NCBI GenBank assembly: GCA_046581755.1
Contig: JAYGFR010000163.1
Location: forward strand, 1 to 15,019
Reading direction: 5' to 3'
DNA length: 15,019 bases
From: Nitrospinota bacterium
GTDB lineage: Bacteria; UBA8248
Below, piece by piece: positions 7,324 through 15,019 of this stretch. Under the pieces are notes generated by a model. The model saw only the letters and a program-made list of their open reading frames with translations. It made no database searches and was not told the origin of the DNA. A program made the translations under genes and the position numbers. Position 1 is the stretch's first letter, and every line of letters starts with the position of its first letter.

Positions 7324-8202
7324 TTGCTCGAAACCTTGAATCCCAACTTGATGTCCTTCATCGCCGCGATATTCGTAGCGGTTTCCCAGGTGATGTACCG
7401 CCTAGCTTTGAACCGCCTGAGCCCCGCAATCACGACCCTGATGCTGAATCTCATCTCCGCGATCCTCGCGATTGGGCTCTATGCGATCGGGGAAGGGGTA
7501 AGAACCTGGCCCCTGGCCGCCCTGTTCTGGTTTGTCCTGGTCGGCGTGTTCGGCAACTCGGTGGGCCGCTACCTGAGCCTTCTGGGTGTGAACCTTATTG
7601 GACTCTCGCGGACTCAGGTATTGTTGCAAACCGTCCTGATTTGGTCTTCCCTCCAAGGCATATTTTTCCTCGGAGAGCAGATGACAGTGGGGATTGCCGT
7701 CGGCACTCTGGCTATTATGTGCGGCGCCATCCTCCTCCTCTACGACCGACGGACTGATGAGGTGAGCACCCCCCTCCGGTATTACTTCGTTCCCGTGTTC
7801 GCCTCCTTTCTCTTATCATTGACATTTGTATTCAGAAAGTTTGGGCTCGTCATGCTCCCCTCAACCTCGATGGGGATCGCCGTGTCCACCGGCTCGGCGG
7901 CCCTGCTTTTGGCCGCCATCATTCCCTTTGACAAAAAAGGCGGTACCAGGCGCTGGGATCCCCGAGGCCTGTTCACCGTGTCCCTTGGGACAGTTTCCAA
8001 CTTCGTTGCCGCAATCTTCTTCTGGTCCGCTGTCCAACGGGGAGAAGTTGTGCAGGTGATCCCCATCAACCGCTTGTCGATCCTTTTAGTGATCTTTCTC
8101 TCCTGGTTCTTCATGCAGAAGCAGGAGGCTGTCACTTGGCGCATCGCCTTGGGCGGCGCTTTCTCGGTTGTGGGTGCATTTGCGGTGGTGTGGGGGAAGT
8201 GA
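7324..8202 (+). CDS. EamA/DMT family transporter
   Basis: About 290 aa with ~10 hydrophobic segments in two EamA repeats (..IFFLGEQ..; GEVVQVIPINRLS.LLV..LS.FF..KQE.VT). Start is TTG 7324 or ATG 7351. Confidence 0.9.
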   Translation: MLETLNPNLMSFIAAIFVAVSQVMYRLALNRLSPAITTLMLNLISAILAIGLYAIGEGVRTWPLAALFWFVLVGVFGNSVGRYLSLLGVNLIGLSRTQVLLQTVLIWSSLQGIFFLGEQMTVGIAVGTLAIMCGAILLLYDRRTDEVSTPLRYYFVPVFASFLLSLTFVFRKFGLVMLPSTSMGIAVSTGSAALLLAAIIPFDKKGGTRRWDPRGLFTVSLGTVSNFVAAIFFWSAVQRGEVVQVIPINRLSILLVIFLSWFFMQKQEAVTWRIALGGAFSVVGAFAVVWGK

Positions 8203-8631
8203 GGTCGAGTAATAAAAACAACATACCATCGTCCTGTCCAAATTTACGAATGAACCTAAACGTTCTGTTTTTCGCTGACAGCTGGCAAGCTATTTCCCTG
8301 ATAATTTCCTGTATATGGCGAAATCCTATTCAAGCGGCAATCGGAGCCTGAAACAGACCTCGGCAATGTGAATTTCACGCATAATTTTCTAAATTCGCTT
8401 GAATCGGTGAGTTCGCGCCCAAGAGAGAGGCGAGGAAATGCTTGATTTCAGGTAGAATTACTATTTCGCCATGCACACCCCGCCCACCGTTTGAAGTGGT
8501 ACATTTAGTGGGACCCCCTTGGCGGAGAGTTTCCTTTCAGGCGGGGGGCCTGGGAATCATGTCCGGCCTCCGAGGATTTTCTTCCAGAGGCCCCGGTTTC
8601 AATTTTTGCGCAAAACAGGTTTGAGGAGCGC

Positions 8632-10665
8632 ATGGCCGAATCTTCGTCTCGTCCGCTTGATCTCATCATGCTCGAAGTCTTGAACGAATCCTTCGTGGCG
8701 ATCGTTCGCGAGATGCGCGCCAGCATGGTGCGGACGGCCTATTCCTCGATCATATACGAAGGCCACGATTTTTCGTGCGCTCTGGTGGACGGCCGGGGAC
8801 AACTCGTCGCCATGGCCGAGGACAATCCGGTCCACATTTTCCCGATCCCGATAGAGGTGGGGGAGATGTTGGTGCGGTTCGAGGGGGATATTCATCCGGG
8901 CGATGTTTTTCTCCACAACGATCCCTACACGGGCGGAACCCACCTGAACGACGTGGCCATGATCTCCCCGCTGTTCGACGGCGGGGAGATGACCATCTAT
9001 CCCGTCGTGCGTGCCCATTGGGGGGACGTCGGCGGGACAACGCCGGGGAGCATTTCGGGAAAGAACACCGAGATATTCCACGACGGAATTCGGATTCCTC
9101 TCCTGAAGGTTATCGAGCGCGGGAAGTTGAATCGGGCCGTCACGGATCTTCTCTTTCACAACATGCGGGTTCCGGACGAACGGCGGGGCGATTTTTTCGC
9201 CATGCTGGCGACATGCCACACGGCCCACCAAAGGCTCGGGGAACTGGCGGCTCAATACGATTGGGCCACCCTCATCCAGGCCAAGGAGAGTCTGCTCGAT
9301 CGATCGGAAGCCCCGATGCGCCGCCGCATCAAGGCGGTCCCGGACGGCGAATACGTATTCGAGCATTTCATGGATCATGCGGGCCATTCGCTCGACCCGC
9401 TACGAATCCGGGTCCGGGTGGCGGTTTCTGGCGACGGACTTCGGATAGATTTCAGCGGAACGGACCCGCAGGTGCGGGGAGCCTACAATGTGGGCCCGGC
9501 CATGGCACCCTCGGCTTCGTTTGCCGTCATCAAAGCCTTTCTGGACCCCCATTCTCCCATCAACCATGGCGCTTTCCGCCCTCTCGAGATCGTGACCGAG
9601 CCGGGCTCGCTCCTCTCCGCCCGCTATCCGGCCAGCTGCGCCGGATCGATGGAGGTCAGCCATGCCGTGGTCACGGCGCTGATCGGGGCCGCCGGGCAAA
9701 TGGCGCCGGATGCCGTGACGGGCGACCTCAAGGGGACCTCGAACCATTTCTATATCGGGGGAAACGATCCCCGCACGGGCGAGGCCTTTTTGTTTTATGA
9801 ATATCCCGCAGGGGGAACGGGGGGCTTCGCCGAAGAAGATGGGAACAATGCCACGCGAAATTTCACCGAAGGCGATTTCTCCTCGATCCAATCGATCGAG
9901 GTCATAGAGCATGCCTATCCTCTTCAGATCAAAAGCCTCGAATTGCGCCGGGATTCTGGCGGGCCGGGATTTCGCCGGGGCGGACTCGGCCTCCGGCGTG
10001 TGGTCGCAGTTTTGGCCGGGGATGCTCTGTTGTCCATTTCCTCGGATAAAAACATCATTCCGCCATTCGGGGTGTTTGGAGGAGGCCCCGGCAGCCCGAA
10101 CCGGTTCACCGTGCTGCGGGAGGATCGGACTCTCATGCCTTCGGATACTCCGGGGAAAGTGGCCGGTTTCCGGCTCGGACGGGGGGACCGCGTAGTGATA
10201 GAGACATCGGGAGGCGGAGGCTATGGCGATCCACTCGAGAGGGAGCCCGAGCGGGTTGCGGCCGACGTTCGCGAAGGCTACGTCTCGCCCGATGAGGCAA
10301 GGGGCGAATATGGCGTGCATCTAACAGGCGAGGAAGTGGACGAGGAGAAAACCCGCGCATGCCGCCAGGCCATGAAAGATGCCCGGCGAAGCCTTCCCCT
10401 GATTCAGGCGGAAACGCACCGGGCCAGAGGGTCGAGACGTTTGTGTTCCATCGGGCCGGATACCGCAGCCGATTTGGGACTCGAAGCCGGCGCTCTCGTT
10501 GAGTTGAAAGGCCGTCCCTGCGCTCCTTTAAGAGCGTGGATCGAGATTGTCCAGGGCCATCCCGAGGGACAGTTGGGGTTGGATGCACTGGGGATGGCCA
10601 TCCTTCAAGGGGGTTTCGGCGGCAGCGCCGCAATCCGGCTCCTTTCGGGAGGTGTAGGCGGTTGA
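8632..10665 (+). CDS. hyuB: Hydantoinase B/oxoprolinase family subunit with C-terminal extra domain
   Basis: RTAYSSIIYEGHDFSCAL, PGDVFLHNDPYTGGTHLND, AHWGDVGG..PGS, IDFSGTDPQV.G..N, EVIE..YP, DSGGPG..RGGLG and TSGGGGYGDPLER. GAGGAG RBS upstream. Confidence 0.95.
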   Translation: MAESSSRPLDLIMLEVLNESFVAIVREMRASMVRTAYSSIIYEGHDFSCALVDGRGQLVAMAEDNPVHIFPIPIEVGEMLVRFEGDIHPGDVFLHNDPYTGGTHLNDVAMISPLFDGGEMTIYPVVRAHWGDVGGTTPGSISGKNTEIFHDGIRIPLLKVIERGKLNRAVTDLLFHNMRVPDERRGDFFAMLATCHTAHQRLGELAAQYDWATLIQAKESLLDRSEAPMRRRIKAVPDGEYVFEHFMDHAGHSLDPLRIRVRVAVSGDGLRIDFSGTDPQVRGAYNVGPAMAPSASFAVIKAFLDPHSPINHGAFRPLEIVTEPGSLLSARYPASCAGSMEVSHAVVTALIGAAGQMAPDAVTGDLKGTSNHFYIGGNDPRTGEAFLFYEYPAGGTGGFAEEDGNNATRNFTEGDFSSIQSIEVIEHAYPLQIKSLELRRDSGGPGFRRGGLGLRRVVAVLAGDALLSISSDKNIIPPFGVFGGGPGSPNRFTVLREDRTLMPSDTPGKVAGFRLGRGDRVVIETSGGGGYGDPLEREPERVAADVREGYVSPDEARGEYGVHLTGEEVDEEKTRACRQAMKDARRSLPLIQAETHRARGSRRLCSIGPDTAADLGLEAGALVELKGRPCAPLRAWIEIVQGHPEGQLGLDALGMAILQGGFGGSAAIRLLSGGVGG

Positions 10666-10726
10666 GCGGCCTGCGCCGGATTCGGCCTGGTTTCGTGTCG
10701 CCTTTTCACCGGAGGATATCGGTCCA

Positions 10727-12787
10727 TTGCGCCTGGTAGGTGTGGATATCGGAGGAACGTTTACCGACCTGGTCTTCTATGACGAAGACAAGGGAACCAT
10801 GGAGGTGGCCAAGCTGCCCTCCCAGCGCGGGAGGGAGACGGATGTCGTGCTCGATGCCCTCGATGGCCTGGATCTGGAAGCCGCCTCGATCGGCCGGATC
10901 ACCCACGGAACCACGGTGGGCACCAACACCCTGCTTGAGAAAACCGGTGCACGGACCGCGCTATTGACCACGCGCGGGTTTCGCGATGTCCTTGAAATCG
11001 GCCGCACCCAGCGCCTGGTGCCCAAGAGTTTATTCGACTCGAAATTTGTCCGGCCCAGGCCACTGGTTCCCCGCGGGCGCCGTCTGGAGGTCGAGGAGCG
11101 CACCCTGGCCGACGGAAGCGTTCAACAGCCCGTGCGCGCCGAGGAGATCGCCGCTCTGGCGGAGCGCCTCAAGGAGATGGAAATTGAGGCCGTCGCCGTA
11201 TGTTATTTGCACTCCTATGCCGATGGGGGCAATGAGCTGCGAACGGCCGAACTTCTCCTCCAGGCGATGCCCGAATTGTATGTCTCCCTTTCCCATCAAG
11301 TGGTACCCGAATACAAGGAGTTCGAGCGCTTCTCCACGGCGGCCATCAACTCTTTTATTGGACCGAAAATCCGAGGCTACCTCGGCGCCCTGGAGGATCG
11401 GTTAAAGGATGCAGGCTACCGGGCGCCCCTTTTCGTGATGGCGTCGAGCGGCGGCATGATCGATGCGGGCAGCGCGGTCGCCTTTCCCGTCCAGACTATT
11501 CTTTCCGGGCCCGCGGGCGGGGTAGTCGGAAGCACGGCTCTGGCCCGGAAACTCGGGCTCGATCACTTGATTACCTACGACATGGGCGGGACCAGCACGG
11601 ATGTGTGCCTGGTCCGGGACGGCCAACCCGTCGTCGCTCGGGAAAACACTGTCGGTCGCCTACCGCTAAAAACGTCTCAGATTCAAATCAACACGGTCGG
11701 CGCGGGCGGGGGGAGCATCGCCTGGCGGGACGAGGACGGCGCCCTTCATGTCGGACCCAGGAGCGCGGGCTCACACCCCGGCCCCGCCTGTTACGGGCAG
11801 GGAGGAAGCGAGCCCACCGTCACGGACGCCAACTTGGCGCTTTTGCGCCTGGGCAGAGGCACGTTGCTTGCTGGGCAGATGCCGCTCCAGCCGGAACTTG
11901 CCGAAAAATCCCTGGCCCTCCTGGCTGAAAGTACGGGGATCGGGGATACCGCCGCGATGGCCCGGGGAATCATCGACATCGCCGTGGCGAAGATGGTGAG
12001 TTCGGTCCGGGAAATTTCTGTCGAGCGGGGTTTCGACCCGCGGGAGCATACCTTGGTGGCCTACGGTGGTGCGGGCCCGCTTCACGCCGCCCTGATTGCC
12101 GAGCGGCTCTCGATGGAGCGGATCGTCGTTCCCATGTATCCGGGAAACTTCTCGGCCGTCGGACTGCTTATGGCGGACCCCACCTTCAACAGCGTGAGGA
12201 CCCATTTCGTTCGCATGGAAGATGCGCGTGCGGATGCGCTGGATGCCGTTTTCGAGGAGCTTGCCTCGGCCCCCGCCGCCCGGCTCCGGGATGCCGGGTT
12301 CGAGGAGGTGCGACGCTTCCGGTCGGTGGACATTCGCTACGTGGGCCAGGCGTTTGAGCTCACTATCCCGGCGGGAGAGGGCCTGGGCTGGCTCGAAGTG
12401 TTGGCGGCGGATTTTCACCGCCTCTACGAAGCGCGCTACGGCCACTGCCACCCGGATGAGCCGACCGAAATCGTTCATCTTCGGATGCGCGTTGCGGGGG
12501 AGGTGGAAAAGGCGCGCTGGCTGGACCGCCCGGACGGTGAAAGGACGCTGGAAGGCGCCCTGATCGAGGAGCGCAGCGTTCATTTTCGGGAACGGTTTTT
12601 CGCCTGTCCCATCTACGCGAGAGATCGCCTTCCCGCCGGCCAGCCTTTTTCGGGGCCAGCGGTTATCGAAGAGTACGGCTCGGCCACCCTCGTTCCGCCG
12701 GAGTGGAAAGCGAGCCAGGACGCCGAGGGCCATCTGCATCTGGTTCGGGCGGAGGCGCCGCCGGCGTCTAGCGGCCCCGGGGAGTAG
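10727..12787 (+). CDS. hyuA: Hydantoinase A/oxoprolinase family ATP-binding subunit
   Basis: GVDIGGTFTD, HGTTVGTN.LLE, TTRGFRD.LEI, EFERFST...N, SGPAGGV, DMGGTSTDV, TVGAGGGSIA, GP.SAGS.PGPACYG.GG..PTVTDAN and GGAGPLHA. TTG start behind GGAGG (10711-10715). Confidence 0.95.
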   Translation: MRLVGVDIGGTFTDLVFYDEDKGTMEVAKLPSQRGRETDVVLDALDGLDLEAASIGRITHGTTVGTNTLLEKTGARTALLTTRGFRDVLEIGRTQRLVPKSLFDSKFVRPRPLVPRGRRLEVEERTLADGSVQQPVRAEEIAALAERLKEMEIEAVAVCYLHSYADGGNELRTAELLLQAMPELYVSLSHQVVPEYKEFERFSTAAINSFIGPKIRGYLGALEDRLKDAGYRAPLFVMASSGGMIDAGSAVAFPVQTILSGPAGGVVGSTALARKLGLDHLITYDMGGTSTDVCLVRDGQPVVARENTVGRLPLKTSQIQINTVGAGGGSIAWRDEDGALHVGPRSAGSHPGPACYGQGGSEPTVTDANLALLRLGRGTLLAGQMPLQPELAEKSLALLAESTGIGDTAAMARGIIDIAVAKMVSSVREISVERGFDPREHTLVAYGGAGPLHAALIAERLSMERIVVPMYPGNFSAVGLLMADPTFNSVRTHFVRMEDARADALDAVFEELASAPAARLRDAGFEEVRRFRSVDIRYVGQAFELTIPAGEGLGWLEVLAADFHRLYEARYGHCHPDEPTEIVHLRMRVAGEVEKARWLDRPDGERTLEGALIEERSVHFRERFFACPIYARDRLPAGQPFSGPAVIEEYGSATLVPPEWKASQDAEGHLHLVRAEAPPASSGPGE

Positions 12788-12795
12788 GAGCGCCA

Positions 12796-14442
12796 ATGCC
12801 GGAACCCACCGGGCTCTTGGATACTTTCGTTCGCGATCATCTTCCGCCGGAGGCGCTCCTGCCGGAAATGGATTATTCATCCCTTCCCGCGCTGGCCGTC
12901 TATCCTTCCCGCCTCAACGCGGGGGCCGAGCTTCTCGACAAGCCGGCCCGGGGAGAGTTCGCCGCGCGGCCCGCGATTCATTTCGAAGGGGAGGTTTGGA
13001 CCTACGCCGAACTTCTGGACAAGGCCAACCGCATCGCCTCGGCGTTGACCGGGGACCTCGGGCTCGTTCCCGGGGGGAGGGTGCTCCTCCGGTCGGCCAA
13101 TCATCCGCTCATGGTGGCGTGTTGCCTGGGGGTATGGAAAGCGGGCGGGATCGTGATTCCCACCATGCCCGTATTGAGAGAGCGCGAGCTGGTTTACGTG
13201 ATGGAAAAAGCCCGGGTCCAGTTCGCCGTCTCGGACGCGCGCTTGGCCGGGGACATTCAGCGGGCCGGGGAAAAGGCGCCTTCGCTCCAAAGGATTCTGT
13301 ATTTCGGCGATGGCGGCGGGGATGGATTAGAGGCCCTCATGGAGGCGAGCTCGGATACGTTCGAGAATGCGGACACCTCCTCCGCCGATCCTGCCCTCAT
13401 CGGGTTCACCTCGGGCTCGACGGGAACTCCCAAGGGAACGGTCCATCTCCACAAGGATTTGCTGGCCGTGGCGGACACCTTCGCCGGCGGTTTGCTGGAC
13501 ATCGGCCCCGGCGACATCGTTTGCGGCAGCCCGCAAATCGCTTTTTTGTACGGTCTTTGCGCATTCATTCCCGACACCTTGCGGTTCGGGGCCTCGGCCG
13601 TATTGCTTGAGCGGGGAACGCCGGAGGCCTTGCTGAAAGCCATTGAGCGCCACGGCGCCACCGTTTGCTTTAGCACGCCGTCGGGATACACCCAAATGCT
13701 CGAAAAAGCCTCGGACCACGACCTGAAAAGCCTGCGGGTGTGCGTTGCCGGGGGAGAGCCGCTTGCCCCCGGGGTCTTTCAAGCCTGGAAGAATGAGACC
13801 GGGGTGGAAATCATCAACGGGCTGGGAATATCCGAGCTGCTGCATATTTTCATTTCAGCAAAAGGCGGGGACATCCGGCCCGGCGCTATCGGAAAGGAAA
13901 TTCCCGGGTACCGGGTCCGGGTGGTGGACGGGGAAATGAACGATACGGCTCCGGGCGAGATCGGCCAGATGATCGTCAAGGGTCCCACGGGCTGCCGGTA
14001 TCTGGACGATCTGGATCGCCAGAAAAAATATGTACAGGATGGCTGGAACATGACGGGAGACCTTTGCCGCACCGATGAGGACGGCTATATCTACTACGAG
14101 GCGCGCATGGACGACATGATCAATACGGGCGGCTACAACGTCTCGGGGCTCGATGTGGAGTCGGTTCTGATTGAGCATCCTAAGGTCCGGGAATGCGCCG
14201 TGGTCGGATCGCCCGACAAGCTGCGGGGCCAGATCGTCAAGGCGTTTGTCGTACTGGCTGGAGAGGCGGAGGCGACCGGGGAGACCGCCGCTGAACTGCA
14301 GGATTTCGTGAAATCCCAGATCGCCGCCTATAAATACCCGCGTGCGGTGGAGTTCGTTGAAAGTCTGCCCCTTACTCCCACAGGAAAAATCCGGAGGGGC
14401 GCCCTTCGGAACCTCGAGATCGATCGGAATGCTTTACCTTAA
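12796..14442 (+). CDS. AMP-binding aryl-CoA ligase, 2-aminobenzoate-CoA ligase (AbmG)-like
   Basis: Adenylation motifs FTSGSTGTPKG, NGLGISE, TGD, R.DDMI..GGYNVS..DVE and LPLTPTGKI. The N-terminal DTFVRDHLPP and YP.RLNA..ELLD, plus GPTGCRYL..RQ..YV..GWN.TGD, are typical of the AbmG-like subgroup. Confidence 0.88.
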   Translation: MPEPTGLLDTFVRDHLPPEALLPEMDYSSLPALAVYPSRLNAGAELLDKPARGEFAARPAIHFEGEVWTYAELLDKANRIASALTGDLGLVPGGRVLLRSANHPLMVACCLGVWKAGGIVIPTMPVLRERELVYVMEKARVQFAVSDARLAGDIQRAGEKAPSLQRILYFGDGGGDGLEALMEASSDTFENADTSSADPALIGFTSGSTGTPKGTVHLHKDLLAVADTFAGGLLDIGPGDIVCGSPQIAFLYGLCAFIPDTLRFGASAVLLERGTPEALLKAIERHGATVCFSTPSGYTQMLEKASDHDLKSLRVCVAGGEPLAPGVFQAWKNETGVEIINGLGISELLHIFISAKGGDIRPGAIGKEIPGYRVRVVDGEMNDTAPGEIGQMIVKGPTGCRYLDDLDRQKKYVQDGWNMTGDLCRTDEDGYIYYEARMDDMINTGGYNVSGLDVESVLIEHPKVRECAVVGSPDKLRGQIVKAFVVLAGEAEATGETAAELQDFVKSQIAAYKYPRAVEFVESLPLTPTGKIRRGALRNLEIDRNALP

Positions 14443-14595
14443 AGAGGCTGCTGAAAAACTATTTTCAGAGGTCTTCGACGAGTGATATTCCCTAAAAATT
14501 CATATCATAATAGAAGAAAATGGATATCATTTACTACTATTGGATAAGTTTTAGGTCCAGTGAAGCTCATTTGGGGACTTTTTCAGCAGCCTCTT
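14442..14595. mobile_element. MITE-like element, family B, with perfect 17-bp terminal inverted repeats
   Basis: AAGAGGCTGCTGAAAAA (14442-14458) and TTTTTCAGCAGCCTCTT (14579-14595) enclose about 120 bp of AT-rich DNA between two convergent genes. Confidence 0.7.
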
Positions 14596-15019
14596 ATAAA
14601 TCCGAACTGCGTAGGATTTTCTCCTCCGGAAAGCCCATCACCCGAAGGCGGCCGAAGCATTGCTCTATTTTTTCGAGTTCCATTACGCAGACATATTCAG
14701 CGCCGCTGTCCCTCAATACTTCCAGCGGCTCCACTGGATATCCGAGAAAACTTCCCCCCGAATTCTCCGATGAGGACACTACGGCGATTTCGATATTGTT
14801 TTGCTTCATCGCCAAATAGAAAAGCTCGGCCAATTCTCCAGTTCCCACCAGGGCGACCCGGCTGACTCCTTTTGACTGAAGGTCCGAGGCCAGGCCCTGC
14901 AATTTCACGCGAACCTCTTTATAGTAATTTAGGGAATGCTGAACGTAGTCCATTGTTTTTCGGGATTTTTCCGAGAGTCCCTTGGGCGTCAATATGTAGC
15001 GCACCCTGCGGCCGGGGAT
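14594..15019 (-). CDS. Winged-helix MarR/EPS-associated-type transcriptional regulator, 3' part (5' end outside window)
   Basis: The frame is open to the window edge (IPGRRVRYILTPKGLSEKSRKTMDYVQHSLNYY). Y.LTPKG..EK is the wing signature of this family, followed by a Rossmann-like VALVGTGELAEL segment. Confidence 0.8.
   Translation of the reverse strand: MPGRRVRYILTPKGLSEKSRKTMDYVQHSLNYYKEVRVKLQGLASDLQSKGVSRVALVGTGELAELFYLAMKQNNIEIAVVSSSENSGGSFLGYPVEPLEVLRDSGAEYVCVMELEKIEQCFGRLRVMGFPEEKILRSSDL

Noticed and set aside
8540..8555. GGGGGCCTGGGA shared with 2082-2093
   Set aside because: A 12-nt match is expected by chance in 15 kb of GC-rich DNA, and the flanks do not align.
236..14178. Many long antisense or alternate-frame ORFs (e.g. 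236-1297, 3839-4663, 8775-9800, 9400-10320, 11771-12880)
   Set aside because: These are shadows of GC-rich real genes with no recognisable motifs.

Overview
Bacterial, GC-rich contig end; bases 1-18 are untrimmed Illumina adapter. The window is an accessory catabolic region for cleaving cyclic amides and N-heterocycles. A minus-strand operon encodes an M20 ArgE/DapE-like hydrolase, a cupin, a TrzA/AtzA/TriA-subfamily s-triazine-type amidohydrolase and an AtzD/barbiturase-family ring-opening hydrolase. The last two carry non-canonical active-site signatures. Divergent from this operon are an EamA transporter and a hyuB-hyuA-(2-aminobenzoate-CoA-ligase-like) operon. The window also holds an M24 peptidase-like gene and the 3' part of a MarR/EPS-type regulator. 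Intergenic DNA contains two copies of one MITE-like family, a third MITE-like element with perfect 17-bp inverted ends, a TTCCCTGTT-repeat module ending in a tRNA-like 3' end plus terminator (possible att scar), and a ~190-nt rod-like RNA resembling 6S RNA. All comparisons with reference proteins and RNAs are from memory, not from database searches.
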